Origin: Octopus bimaculoides | Taxonomy: Eukaryota | Direction of reading: 5' to 3' | NCBI RefSeq assembly: GCF_001194135.2 | Contig: NC_068997.1 | Span: forward strand, 3,391,547 to 3,440,048 | DNA: 48,502 bases | Shown here: piece by piece, positions 25,406 through 39,323 of the stretch | Numbering within the stretch: the stretch's first letter is position 1 | How the letters are laid out: each line of letters starts with the position of its first letter | Made by a program: the position numbers and the translations under genes | Notes under the pieces: generated by a model | Seen by the model: only the letters and a program-made list of their open reading frames with translations | Told to the model about the DNA's origin: nothing | Database searches by the model: none

Positions 25406-25957
25406 GTATAGAAGAGAGTTTATTATGAGACATGTGTTCTGGCCAGATATAACTGTATATGTCATCTTCAGCAAAAGCGAAAGGAAAGCTAGAAAAATGA
25501 CGAGCCAGGGAATGAATCTCCCGACTTACCAGAAATGGCAGCAAAATCTTCTTAATGTCACACGCTACCAAATTAAAGATGAGAGGATGAGCGAACAAAG
25601 AAAAATGATGGCTGTAGATTGAACAGGTACGACCATAGTTTGCTTGATCAGGGCTTGGCCGATATCACTATGAACAACAACAAACTGTGACTGAGGAATC
25701 TTCTTATTTTGTGAATAGATTAATTATTCTTTTAAATATATTTTACAATTACGGAAGACGTTGCGTGACAAATTTCGCAAATAACTTGATAAAAAATATA
25801 AATGATTCTTACCATTGTATGTTCATATTTAGGCAGAAGTCATTCCCTGTTGTACTCCTGACCATCGCAGTTCTATAAAGTAAACAGCAATCAAGCAGCG
25901 ACTTTAACCGCTTGCATCCTTTCAGTAACACTTCTAACAGTGTTGCAGTGCCAGAAA

Positions 25958-26324
25958 GTGGAGACGCAATGGCCCAGTGGTTATGGCAGCGGACTCACGG
26001 TCGTAGGATCGCGGTTTCGATTCCCAGACCGGGCGTTGTGAGTGTTTATTGAGCAAAAACACCTAAAGTTCCACGAGGCTCCGGCAGGGGATGGTGGTGA
26101 ACCCTGCTGTACTCTTTCACCACAACTTTCTCTTACTCTTACTTCCTGTTTCTGTTGTACCTTTATTTCAAAAGGCCAGCTTTGTCACACTGTGTCACGC
26201 TGAATCTCCCCGAGAACTACGTTAAGGGTACACGTATCTGTGGAGTGCTCAGCCACTTGCACGTTAATTTCACGAGCAGGCTGTTCCGTTGATCGGATCA
26301 ACTGGAACGCCAACAGAGTGCCAA
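25958..26324 (+). mobile_element. tRNA-derived SINE (family B), full length with TSD
   Basis: A-box TGGCCCAGTGG, B-box GGTTTCGATTCC; TSD CAGTGCCAGAAA (25946-25957) / CAGTGTCAGAAA (26325-26336); close homolog at 47076-47450. Confidence 0.93.
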
Positions 26325-26587
26325 CAGTGTCAGAAATCAAAAGAAATCAATTCTAAAATTGTGACACTGGTTGCTTACCATAAATGAGTTAGTGTAATGC
26401 TTGACTGTTCAATTTAGACACGAAAACAGCAGTTTGCGCCATTTACCTTGTACTTTCTTAGCTCTTTGGGTCATACCTCATTTTCCCTCATTACCCCCTG
26501 TCGTTCCTTCTTTCTTTCCCTCAATATGCATGCACGTACATACGTATATAGATGTAAGCTTTTGTGTGTGTATGTGCGTGTGTGCGT

Positions 26588-26622
<35 letters not shown>

Positions 26623-26737
26623 CATGCGTATATATGTTTGTACGTATATACATATGTATTTAACTATGCGTCGAAGTGTGTTTCCTGTGAAAGGGTTTGA
26701 GTATTTGAAGTGTTTCTCTGTGTGTGTGTGTGTGTGT

Positions 26738-26776
<39 letters not shown>

Positions 26777-28274
26777 GGCACGTGTGTGCGTGTGTGCATG
26801 TATGTGTGTATGTGTGAGAGAGAGAGAGAAAGAGAGAGAGAGAAATGGAGTTTGACTGAGTGGTGATAGGGGCGTAATGGGAGTATTTAAGTATTTTGTT
26901 TCGGATCCGGGTGTGGCTAAAACAGTTCCAGGTCAGTGAATTATGTCAATACAAATAAGTAAGCAGGAGTTATCTTTTCCTATTCATTAAACCCTATTTT
27001 CCTGAGGTTATGTCAAGCTATATATGGAAGCAGAATTGTGGCAGTAATGTGGCACAAAAAACAAAATCAAGAAAGAAAAACGATTGCCACAACAGAAATA
27101 AAAAAAAACGCTAACAACAACAACAACAACAACGACGACGGCGATGACAGCACCAACAGCAACAACAACGGCAGCAGTAGCACCAACAGTAGCAACAACA
27201 ACAAAAGCAACAAATATTTCTAAAGTAGTAACAATGACATCAAAAAGAAGAGCAACGAAACGTGAACCATGTGACAGGCGTGTAGTATTTGCGAGAGATA
27301 GCAGCTTAATCACCATCAAATAGTTACTTATTGTCGTGAAACAAAACATGAATAACGTTGTGCTTGAATGGAAATATTCTATAAGAGGAAGAGATAGTCA
27401 TATGTGGATTGCTTTTGATCATAACACTGCCTTGCTCAGTGCTGACCTGGTGCTAAAGAACAACCACAACAGCAATAGCAACAAAAACTACAATGACAAC
27501 AACAACAACAACAACTGTAACAGCAAATTTAACAAACAGGAAGATTCTTTTCCTGAGTACACGATTAGTTAGTAATATCAGCTAAATCTCACTGACACCC
27601 TCTGAAACTCCCTAAGAAGAGAAGAACACGAACTCAGGATGGTAACGGCGGAAATGCCTTTGATCAACGAGAGAGCAGGACCTGGAAGAAATAACAACCA
27701 AAACACCCTCAAATTCTATTTAAAGAAAGTACTGTGACGTTGATGAAAGTATTCTTAGAAATACCATTATTGTATATAGGATGGCTAAGTGGGAATAACG
27801 CTGTTGGTCAAAGCTCTCTCAGTTCTAATCTCTCGTTGGGCTGAAGATTATCACTTACACAAGCAGGGAAAATAACTGAATGTATTAGTAATCACTATAT
27901 TACTCCTACCTGGACGATACAAAGAATCTATCGATCTCAGTATCATTTGAACCCAGTATAAAAAGAGATGTGTTTTGATGTTCTAGCAATTCTGCGTTTC
28001 ACTATCATACCTACAGTATTTTCCGGCATACAAGACGAATTTTTCAGATCAGAATTTGCAACCAAAAATGATAGTTCAACTTTATAAAACAGCACTACTT
28101 ATTTGAGAAAACTATGGTGAAACTTGATTGGCTATCATTTCTCGGTGGAATGAATAATTACTAGTCACATACTAAATTTTATTTCGTTGATTATTGCCTT
28201 ATATATGTGGCAGTGTCTCTTAATTAATTTTTAAATAATTATATTTCATTGTCATATTTTCCGAAAAGGATATA

Positions 28275-28525
28275 CAGTTGGATCGGTTACACTCTAAGCC
28301 TTAGAGTCTGAGAAGACCTCCTAGCAACACTGCAAGACAAGTGTTTGACTGGCAAGCCGAAGGAAAGAGGGAAGTTGGAAACCTAAGATAACCAAGAAAG
28401 GACGCATAGAGAATGCAGCGAAAGCAATCGGTCTCTGTCTTCGTCTGAAATTAAGGCGATAACCCAAGAATGTGTCCACTGGCATGAAATGGTCGCGGCC
28501 CTGTGCACCTTACGGAGGAGTGTGC

Positions 28526-28584
<59 letters not shown>

Positions 28585-28646
28585 GACTAACCAACTAACT
28601 AACTAACTAACCAACGAACTAACTAGCGAACAAACTAACTAACTAC
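28275..28646 (+). mobile_element. RTE-clade LINE 3' end with (ACTA)n tail
   Basis: WIGYTL..RRPPSNTARQVFDWQAEGKRG..KPKIT..KAITQECVHWHEMVAALCTLRRSVH* followed immediately by an (ACTA)n tail at about 28525-28646. Confidence 0.8.
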
Positions 28647-28707
28647 TTACAATTATTCTCTTTAGATGATGACTTTTGTCCATGTTCACAATTTTTTATC
28701 AACAAAA

Positions 28708-28962
28708 CATAGGCGCAGGTATGGTTATGAGTCTAATAAGCTTTCTTACTACCCCATGGTTTCGGATCCAATTCCACCGCGCGACACCTTGAGCAAGTGT
28801 CCTGTACAATAACCCCGAGCGGGCCAATGACTGAGAATGAATTTAGTAGATGGTAACCATGTATAAAATAAGTACTGTTGTCGATTTCTTCGACTAAACC
28901 CTTCAATATGGTGTCTAAGTATGGACGCATTCCAATGAGTGAAACAAATAAACGATAAAAGA
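28708..28962 (+). mobile_element. Diverged family D SINE lacking the internal microsatellite segment
   Basis: Head..GCGACACCTTGAGCAAGTGTCC..AATAAGTAC..GTCGATTTCTTCGACTAAA..TGAAACAAATAAA. Confidence 0.7.
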
Positions 28963-29380
28963 AGAGCGTGACAGAAGAAAAAATATCTCAGAGAAACGTT
29001 CTGTACGCCAAATATTACAATCTCTTTAGAAGAGTCAACTCCGATATATAATTAGAACTTATTTTATCAAATCCAGAAAGAAAAACAATCGGTGTTTGAA
29101 CTACAATTGTAAATAGAATTAATTTAATTCTGTAAAAGTTTCAGTCAGTGAATCTATCGATTTTGCCATTTATCACTCCTCTTCAAACAGCAACTGACAT
29201 AGATGCCACATGTCTTACAAGTCTCACTTTACAGTCTTGAAGAAATTCAGTCCTAGATACAACTTAAAAGATGAGTTAGTCGTAGCTGGAATGTCCTAAT
29301 CATCGGTCTGCTCGATAAAAGTTAACCTAAGTCTAAACAACAATAACAACAACATAGACTGACTAACCGTAAAGTATCGG

Positions 29381-29421
<41 letters not shown>

Positions 29422-30989
29422 GCTGCTGCTGCTGTTGTTCCTGTTCCTGGTCGAAGTAGTATATAATCTGTGTATCTATTCTTTTATTTAAAATGGCGAT
29501 GAGCACATTGAGAGAGCTTGGTTGCTATTTCTAACAAGTCAACGACAACGTAGAAATGGTCTTATCAGCTCAAATGCTAATTTATAATTAAAACAGAGAA
29601 ATTTCTTATAAACTTGGGTCTTAAATCTTACTAAATCGTTGAAGATCGAAAACAGTCCAATGACAGATATATGCCGAAGATATAGCCGTGTGCTTAAGAA
29701 ACTCACTTCAACACTACATTGCTTTGAGTTCGCAAGGGTCTTCTATTGTAATCTTGAAATGGCCAATATTTAATAGTGAAATTCCAGTGACGGTTATTGT
29801 GCAGACGTGTGTTTATTTCTACATGTGCAGTTGACTTCTGTTAATTTAGCTTACGTGTTATATTTCTTCATGTTGGTATTACAGCTATAGATTACTTTAA
29901 ACATTTTATGTTATCCTGTTATCTATAGATTTGTAGCAGTGATTGATAGAAAATTCTTTATCTATTATGCTAAGAAGCTTTTAGTAACATTTGATTGAAC
30001 GTTGTAAGGAAATACGAACTAGATAATATTAGAGACTATCTCCTCCTTACTATAAGACGACATGATCTAGAGATATATGTTATCTTTGATTCTACTTCAT
30101 TTTAATGCATTGTGATAAGCGTCATCTTATCGAAGATTTATATATTTGATGACAGGCTGGAGATATTTCTACTGTTAATAATCAGCTAACTGCACATGTA
30201 GAAACATAAGTGCATATTTCTTTGATATGTCATGTAACTTTCAAACGATCATATATCAAGCAGAAACCATCTCAACAAATCTGAACTTTTATGCATTACG
30301 TTAAGAATATACAGAAATGAATTTAAAATACGTTACTTCACTCGTCCTTGTTTCAAACATAGGACAGTATTAGAAAGAAGCATATGATAATATTAACCAG
30401 TTGCATCTAGAATGTGAAAGAACATGGTACTTATTTTTATATCAAAGAAAATCGTTGAGGAAAGCAACCCACATGTAAATAGTAGAAAATGATGCCTTTT
30501 ATGTAAAGCAGAAAAGGTTCTCGTATTCTACCACTTTGACAAGTATTTTCGAAAGCCCTGGAATCTTACCTCTCTGTAAGATTAAATGAACCAACACCGA
30601 ACGCTCATATTCAATGCATTATATTCTCATGTGCTCTATTATGTTTATACCTAATAATTAAATAAGTATCTACTGCTATGAGTCAAAAATTAATCTACTT
30701 TCCTATATTCACCTTAACAGTTGCAATGCTCCATATTTTCTTTTAAATTCCTATATTATTTTTTGCATTCTTCTCTATATTTCTTTAATAACGTTTTTTT
30801 TTTATTTTCAACTCCTTCATAAATATTTTTCCAATATAATTTCATTTTCTTATATCACAATATCATTAAAAAAATAAAAGCCGCCACATCAGTGCTGCTA
30901 TAACTTGCATCCTTTACAATATCTTTGATCCCCAGAAAACCAGGAGCTGCGACACAAAGAGTCATAATATTGCATATGATGATTATTCA

Positions 30990-31347
30990 GTTTTTAGATA
31001 AATAAATAAAAAAACTTAGGTACCCGTCTTTTGTTTGAAGTTCTTATTGCGTAGAAGACTTGCATTATTAGTGTCATTGAGTGATTCCACGACATTGAAT
31101 GCCCAGCAACCATCACGTTCAAACTATTCGATATAATGGATTTTTATTTTATCAAGGATTCTATCATGAAGGACATGTATTTTGGAAGACAGTTCACCAT
31201 ACTCATCTATCTATACATTGGTGTCTTAATGAATGCTAGAAAGTCATTATTACTCTACGATGATGTCTCCTGGGTTGAAAATACGGTCTTCTTCTGTTCA
31301 CTCTCTTTGTCTCTGTCTGTCTGTTTGTCTGTCTCTCTGTCTTTCTC

Positions 31348-31428
<81 letters not shown>

Positions 31429-31935
31429 ATTTCTCTTTCTCCATCTCTGTCTCTGTGAAGAGTTATAATGGTATGAAACACTGGATACTGTGGAAATATT
31501 TATCATTGACACTCTCTAAAAGCGTGTCAGTCCTCAGATATGGTGGCATGCACAGTTATGATGGCTTAGAAACTTCATGCAATATGAACGGCTACACTAT
31601 AGAAAACTCCAGTAAGGAATTGTTGAGGATGCATAAGGACTTTGGCATCCACATAACCAATAGCACTAACTCAACGATAGCCAACTTCGACATAGCATAA
31701 CTTAAAGTCAGGTAGATGACACCCCTACCGAAAGCCGAATTGAATATTTACAAAACAAATTCGAAACACCTGTCGCTTATATACACGAAACCTTGCAACG
31801 TCAATATGCATAAGAGTTTTTTATCTTTTGTCACAGATATATGTTGATAAAGATATCGTTAATAGAGCAGCCCCCCTATTATAATGATGCGTTAGCTAGG
31901 AGCGGCTTTACTGAAAGTTTAGAAGAGTAGAACCG
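30990..31935 (+). mobile_element. Penelope-like element RT-thumb relic split by a (CT)n microsatellite
   Basis: SVIE*FHDIE..FKLFDIMDFY, LMNARKSLLLYDDVSWV, then after (CT)n SYNG..GMHSYDGL (GLYRDDGL-like), KELLRMHKDFGIHIT..NFD, TPYRKPN, AAPYYNDALARSGF; same PLE type as 8010-8790. Confidence 0.85.
31300..31455. repeat. (CT)n microsatellite inside the PLE RT relic
   Basis: Seen directly. Confidence 0.95.
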
Positions 31936-32550
31936 GTAAGATAACAGTAATATGTATTGAAATATTACACAACCAAGACGCCACAAGGTACATAGATCCT
32001 CATTTACAAACTCTTATTTCTTACAAATACACAAAAAAAAAATCAATGAGATTTTTAACTTGCATAACATTAACGTTTGCTATTTTTGTCAGAATAGTAT
32101 AGCGTCCTAGATAAAATACTGCAGCCACAAAGAAACCCACACAGTCACAACTACACAAACCAAACTTTACATGCTGAACTTTTCCACCTTGTCCACTCAG
32201 GTGATATTGCCTCCTCATGAAGCTGCATAACGAGCAACCATAACACATACGTACAACATTGAATAGAAATATACTAGTCTAATGACTTTTTCTTTGAAGG
32301 TCACTTATTTCAGCCTTTATATTCCCACATATAAAGAAGCAGGGAAAATTCTACATCACTTTCAGAGATCATCGGGAAAAGCAGAGCCATGTAGCTTCCC
32401 AAAAATTGTACTGACTCTATAAACCACAGTACCAAACAAGTGATTATTCTTGTTAAATAAGAAATGACCTTACAAATTTATCTGTGAACATAACAACTTG
32501 CACATTCTTTAATATCCACAATATCGCCTGCAGGAACATACACACACTCG

Positions 32551-32586
<36 letters not shown>

Positions 32587-32747
32587 TTCACACACACATA
32601 CACACACATGCATACATGTATGTATGTATTACGTGTGCGTATGTGTGTGAGTGTGTGTGCTTGTGTGTGTTCCAAATTCGATCTTATATACATACATATA
32701 TTTCATAAATCTATTTCTTCTTGTTTCAACACATTCAAATATAAATA

Positions 32748-32975
32748 TTGGGTTGTCCGGAAAGTTCGTGCCGATTTATAGTAGCTTACCTTTCAACTTA
32801 TTTGCCATGCACCCACCTCAATTCTGGGAAGAGGGTATTTTCAAGTGAAAGGAAAGATGGAGACGCATTCTGCAACAAAATGGTTCATATTTGGTCGATT
32901 AAAAATGTAATGGCAAGTATTTATTGACCTTTTTCTTTCCTTTAAAAATCAGCACGGACTTTACGGACAACCCAA
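32748..32975. mobile_element. Mariner MITE (family 2), 228 bp
   Basis: 30-bp TIRs TTGGGTTGTCCGGAAAGTTCGTGCCGATTT (3 mismatches), TA on both sides; interior encodes a mariner C-terminus, ERWRRILQQNGSY. Confidence 0.93.
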
Positions 32976-33057
32976 TACATACACTTACACACACGTATTT
33001 GTGTGTGCATGTGTGTGTTTATACACACGCACACACACACACACACATACAGTCGAA

Positions 33058-33193
33058 GTAGTGGCTGTGTGGTAAGAAGTTCCGGGTTCACTCTAACGCC
33101 ATGTCTCTTTGGGCAAGTACCTCCTACTGTAGCCCTAGGCCGACCAGACATTGGTGAGTGGATGTGGTGGACGGAGAGTGAAAGAAACCCATC

Positions 33194-33279
<86 letters not shown>

Positions 33280-33500
33280 CTGTGTGTGTCCCCTTGTGGC
33301 TTTGTTTGTTCCCTACCACTTCTTGATAGACGGTATTGGTTTTTCATGTTCCAGTAACCAGCGGATGGGCGAAAGAAACCGGTAGAATAAGTGCTAGCCT
33401 TAAAAAAAAAACAGTACAGGCCTCAATTCATTCTAGTAAAAGATTCCAAGAGGTGGTGCCCCAGGATGGCCGCAGTCTATGAATTAAGCAAAAATATAAA
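33058..33500 (+). mobile_element. Family D SINE with internal (TG)n
   Basis: Head GTGGCTGTGTGGTAAGAAG, GGGCAAGT core, internal (TG)n at about 33196-33290, tail GGTGCCCCAGGATGGCCGCAGTC. Confidence 0.85.
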
Positions 33501-33863
33501 ATTATAGGTATGTGTGTGTGTGTGTGTGTGTGTGAATAACAAATAACAATATTACAACAACAACAACAATAGCAACGACAATGTTCAGTGACACTATCAT
33601 CTGAACATTTGCAACAACAACAACAGTAAAGAACATGAGCATTACAAAACTGCTCAGCGGAGAGAAACTTCCTGAGCAACGGGCAAACATAAGACGAAAC
33701 TCGGCGTACAACATGGCACGAAGTGGTGGAGAGGAAAGAGAAGGAGAGAAACTGCGTGGGAGGGATAGGGAGAGGACAAAAATGTACAGTATGGGAGTGA
33801 GGAAGGAGTAGGAGGAGGTTGAGGGTAAAGGGAAGACTAGGAGGAAATTAAGGGAGTGAATGA

Positions 33864-33903
<40 letters not shown>

Positions 33904-34551
33904 GTCAGAGTGTGGGGGGGTGTCTATATATGTTTGTGTGTGTATATGCGTGTTTGTGATATACAGGTAAACGTAGAAAAAAAACAGAGAGAGAAAGAGA
34001 GAGATCAGATAACGATAGAGAGGGAAATGAAGGAGGAGTAAGATAAGAAATAGGTAAGTCTTTCCAGCCAGCCAGACAGCCAACCACCTAGCTAACACAA
34101 TAGCCACCTCCACCAACACCACCACCACCACCACCACCACCACTACTACTACTACTATTACTACTACTACTACAATTGCGATGACAAAGACCATAATAAA
34201 TCCACCCGGCTGATAAATACTTACTTACATCCACCCGAACTAACTTAACATACTATTTCAGATTTTATGCAACGGGTCAGTGTTTATAGTAGGGAAAGGC
34301 AGTAGTCACATAAAATATACACACACACACACAACACAACCATATACACACAGAGAGAAACGTTCACCCTAACTCGGAAGAGCTTGTTCAGTTCTGTAAC
34401 TTGTTTAAGTCATCTCTCTTAAGACCATACTGGAGCCACTGCCTTATAATATTAACGAATGAAAAATTGCACCAACACAGGACAAACAAACAACGAACAA
34501 AGTAGTAAAAAGAACAAACTACAAATTGGAAGTACTATCATCACAGTATAG

Positions 34552-34690
<139 letters not shown>

Positions 34691-34693
34691 TTA

Positions 34694-34838
34694 AATGAGT
34701 TCAAATTCCGCCGAGGTCGACTTTGCCTTTTATCCTTTCGGGGTCGATAAATTAAATACCAGTTGCGTACTGGGGCCGGTCTAATCGACTGGTCCCCCCT
34801 CTCACCAAATTTCAGGCCTAGTGCCTATAATAGAAAGG
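34694..34838 (+). mobile_element. 5'-truncated Nin/Deu-domain SINE between (TTA)n arrays
   Basis: TGAGTTCAAATTCCGCCGAGGTCGACTTTGCCTTTTATCCTTTCGGGGTCGATAAATT. Confidence 0.9.
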
Positions 34839-34908
<70 letters not shown>

Positions 34909-36540
34909 NNNNNNNNNNNNNNNNNNNNNNNNNNNNNNNNNNNNNNNNNNNNNNNNNNNNNNNNNNNNNNNNNNNNNNNNNNNNNNNNNNNNNNNNNNNN
35001 NNNNNNNNNNNNNNNNNNNNNNNNNNNNNNNNNNNNNNNNNNNNNNNNNNNNNNNNNNNNNNNNNNNNNNNNNNNNNNNNNNNNNNNNNNNNNNNNNNNN
35101 NNNNNNNNNNNNNNNNNNNNNNNNNNNNNNNNNNNNNNNNNNNNNNNNNNNNNNNNNNNNNNNNNNNNNNNNNNNNNNNNNNNNNNNNNNNNNNNNNNNN
35201 NNNNNNNTATATATATATATATATCTGTTTGGATGTATTTCAATTTACCTTCAATATATGGTGTTTTCTCCAACAAAGGTAGGTATTGATTTTATAGTCA
35301 CGTAAGATATCTTTCAACATTGCTTTTCTGTTTTGCTCAGTAAACAATATGTATTCATATACTGTGTGTGTGTGTCTATGTATGTATGTATGTATGTATG
35401 TATGTATGCATGTATGTATGTATACTTTGAGGGTTGAAAGTGTTGCAGTACGGTTGTCTACATCCTTAAATGTTTTTTTTGTTCTTGTTTTTATTCTCTT
35501 GGCGAGTTTGACTTTGAACATCTGTCAGATATACACACTAACATAAGTATATNNNNNNNNNNNNNNNNNNNNNNNNNNNNNNNNNNNNNNNNNNNNNNNN
35601 NNNNNNNNNNNNNNNNNNNNNNNNNNNNNNNNNNNNNNNNNNNNNNNNNNNNNNNNNNNNNNNNNNNNNNNNNNNNNNNNNNNNNNNNNNNNNNNNNNNN
35701 NNNNNNNNNNNNNNNNNNNNNNNNNNNNNNNNNNNNNNNNNNNNNNNNNNNNNNNNNNNNNNNNNNNNNNNNNNNNNNNNNNNNNNNNNNNNNNNNNNNN
35801 NNNNNNNNNNNNNNNNNNNNNNNNNNNNNNNNNNNNNNNNNNNNNNNNNNNNNNNNNNNNNNNNNNNNNNNNNNNNNNNNNNNNNNNNNNNNNNNNNNNN
35901 NNNNNNNNNNNNNNNNNNNNNNNNNNNNNNNNNNNNNNNNNNNNNNNNNNNNNNNNNNNNNNNNNNNNNNNNNNNNNNNNNNNNNNNNNNNNNNNNNNNN
36001 NNNNNNNNNNNNNNNNNNNNNNNNNNNNNNNNNNNNNNNNNNNNNNNNNNNNNNNNNNNNNNNNNNNNNNNNNNNNNNNNNNNNNNNNNNNNNNNNNNNN
36101 NNNNNNNNNNNNNNNNNNNNNNNNNNNNNNNNNNNNNNNNNNNNNNNNNNNNNNNNNNNNNNNNNNNNNNNNNNNNNNNNNNNNNNNNNNNNNNNNNNNN
36201 NNNNNNNNNNNNNNNNNNNNNNNNNNNNNNNNNNNNNNNNNNNNNNNNNNNNNNNNNNNNNNNNNNNNNNNNNNNNNNNNNNNNNNNNNNNNNNNNNNNN
36301 NNNNNNNNNNNNNNNNNNNNNNNNNNNNNNNNNNNNNNNNNNNNNNNNNNNNNNNNNNNNNNNNNNNNNNNNNNNNNNNNNNNNNNNNNNNNNNNNNNNN
36401 NNNNNNNNNNNNNNNNNNNNNNNNNNNNNNNNNNNNNNNNNNNNNNNNNNNNNNNNNNNNNNNNNNNNNNNNNNNNNNNNNNNNNNNNNNNNNNNNNNNN
36501 NNNNNNNNNNNNNNNNNNNNNNNATATATATATATATATA

Positions 36541-36720
36541 TAATTCTTCGAAACGCCGGTGTTTTAATGGTGGCAGCTGATGAAGGAGATGTTCTATGTA
36601 GCTTGCTTGTTTGTTGTACCTTGTTTATCATTTTGTCCATGTTCTTTTGCCACGTCATGTACCCAGTTATGTATCTATGTGTACATGTAGATGAAGGTAT
36701 GTACATACATGTACATATAT
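36541..36720. repeat. Dispersed repeat; inverted copy of 11932-12090
   Basis: Direct comparison of the two segments. Confidence 0.9.
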
Positions 36721-36761
36721 ATGCATGTACTCATATATTGTTTATATATATATAGAGAGAG

Positions 36762-36839
<78 letters not shown>
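36762..36839. repeat. (GATA)n microsatellite
   Basis: Seen directly. Confidence 0.97.
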
Positions 36840-37000
36840 GGAGAGAGACAAGCAGACAGAGAGTGTTTATAAAACTTTATAAGAGAATGGTTTACTGTGA
36901 TTTGGAAGTTTCGGCTTCTTTGACTTCGTTAGTCACTGAAAGATATATACTCTACAAAAACATACTGGGTAAAACGTTCAATTTATTACTCTTTTACACA

Positions 37001-37414
37001 TACTCTTTTACTCTTTTACTCTTTTACTCGTTTCAGTCAATTGACTGTGACCATGCTGGAGCACCGCCTTGAGTCGAGCAAATCGACCCCAGGAATTATT
37101 CTTTGTAAGCCTAGTACTTATTCTATCGGCCTCTTTTGCTGAACCGCTATGTTGCGGGATGTAAACACACCACCATCGGTTGTCAAGCGATGTTTGGGGG
37201 ACAAACACGTACACACACACACACACATACACACATTTATATACATATATACGACGGGCTTCTTTCAGTTTCCGACTACCAAATCCACTCACAAGGCATT
37301 GGTCGGTCTGAGGCTAGAGTAGAAGACATTTGCCCAAGGTGTTACGCAGTGGGACTGAAACCGGAACAATGTGGATCGTAAACAAGATACTTACTACACA
37401 GTCACTCCAACGCC
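37001..37414 (-). mobile_element. Family D SINE, full length, with internal (CA)n and (TACTCTTT)n tail
   Basis: Reverse-complement homolog of 33058-33500; internal microsatellite at about 37205-37250. Confidence 0.92.
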
Positions 37415-37474
37415 TATTGTTAAATTCACATAAATACTTCACACACACATACTTATATATATATCATATATTCT

Positions 37475-37660
37475 TTTCTTCTTTCACGTGTTTCAGTCAT
37501 TTGACTGCGGCCATGCTGGAGCACCGCCTTTAGTCGAACAAATCGATCCTATGACTTATTCTTTGTAAGATTAGTACTTACTCTATCGGTTTCTTTTGCC
37601 GAACCACTAGGTTTCGGGAACGTAAACACACCAACATCGATGACGAGGAAACAAACACAC

Positions 37661-37675
<15 letters not shown>
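37475..37675 (-). mobile_element. Second family D SINE (3' half; runs into microsatellite and gap)
   Basis: TTTCAGTCATTTGACTGCGGCCATGCTGGAGCACCGCCTTTAGTCG duplicates 37030-37180. Confidence 0.9.
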
Positions 37676-37695
<20 letters not shown>

Positions 37696-38775
37696 TATAT
37701 NNNNNNNNNNNNNNNNNNNNNNNNNNNNNNNNNNNNNNNNNNNNNNNNNNNNNNNNNNNNNNNNNNNNNNNNNNNNNNNNNNNNNNNNNNNNNNNNNNNN
37801 NNNNNNNNNNNNNNNNNNNNNNNNNNNNNNNNNNNNNNNNNNNNNNNNNNNNNNNNNNNNNNNNNNNNNNNNNNNNNNNNNNNNNNNNNNNNNNNNNNNN
37901 NNNNNNNNNNNNNNNNNNNNNNNNNNNNNNNNNNNNNNNNNNNNNNNNNNNNNNNNNNNNNNNNNNNNNNNNNNNNNNNNNNNNNNNNNNNNNNNNNNNN
38001 NNNNNNNNNNNNNNNNNNNNNNNNNNNNNNNNNNNNNNNNNNNNNNNNNNNNNNNNNNNNNNNNNNNNNNNNNNNNNNNNNNNNNNNNNNNNNNNNNNNN
38101 NNNNNNNNNNNNNNNNNNNNNNNNNNNNNNNNNNNNNNNNNNNNNNNNNNNNNNNNNNNNNNNNNNNNNNNNNNNNNNNNNNNNNNNNNNNNNNNNNNNN
38201 NNNNNNNNNNNNNNNNNNNNNNNNNNNNNNNNNNNNNNNNNNNNNNNNNNNNNNNNNNNNNNNNNNNNNNNNNNNNNNNNNNNNNNNNNNNNNNNNNNNN
38301 NNNNNNNNNNNNNNNNNNNNNNNNNNNNNNNNNNNNNNNNNNNNNNNNNNNNNNNNNNNNNNNNNNNNNNNNNNNNNNNNNNNNNNNNNNNNNNNNNNNN
38401 NNNNNNNNNNNNNNNNNNNNNNNNNNNNNNNNNNNNNNNNNNNNNNNNNNNNNNNNNNNNNNNNNNNNNNNNNNNNNTATATATATATATATATATATAT
38501 GCAAGGTAAAACTGCAAATTCTGTTTTCTTTTCAATTTGTAGTTTACTTTGTACCCTCTCTCATTGTTCCTGCTCATTACACAACTACTTTCTTCAAATG
38601 GGGCTTCTTCTATTATTTTGCTGTCTGTCTGAAGAATTTCTAATAAGAGATATTTTACTGGTTTTCTAGTACATGTGACTCTTGTTTGCAAATCTTGTTA
38701 ACTCCTGTTAGCAAATGGAACACGTGTTATGGTGAATATATAATGCCAAAATATTTTCCGATCCGGCCTTTTGAT

Positions 38776-38858
<83 letters not shown>

Positions 38859-38884
38859 TGTTTGTGTGTACATAATATATAAAT

Positions 38885-39278
38885 ATTTCTAAAAAATATA
38901 TTATAAGCTGAAATTATTATTACACGATGACGGTTGCGAAACGGTCTTAAACCTAAGGGTGAGAAATAAATATAGTCAACACTTATACCTCCTGATTTTT
39001 TAAGGCTTATATATTCCTTATGAAATAATCTCATCTCCTGGATCTCCTGGATTCCAGTTGGTATTATACCCCTCCGTTGGATTAGTATGTGATCTTTTAG
39101 CCGAGTCCACTTCTGTGACAGCAACACAGTTCAATGAGTCCATGGTCCATATATTTTACTACAAATATATATATATATATATGTATGTATGCATGTATGT
39201 ATGTATGTATGTATGTATGTATGTATGCATGCATGTATGTATGTATGTATGTATCTATATATATACATATACATACAT

Positions 39279-39323
<45 letters not shown>

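Noticed and set aside
31446-31700. Initially read as a CR1 RT C-terminus
   Set aside because: The motif order (RKSLL, SYDG, YRDD-like, IT..TN..NFLD, PYRKPN, AAPYYN) fits PLE RT better.
38930-39020. MBD-like peptide KKSGGISVDYIYFSPLGLRPFRN
   Set aside because: The two homologous copies nearby are frameshifted or stopped and fit PLE thumb/linker motifs; no exon structure.
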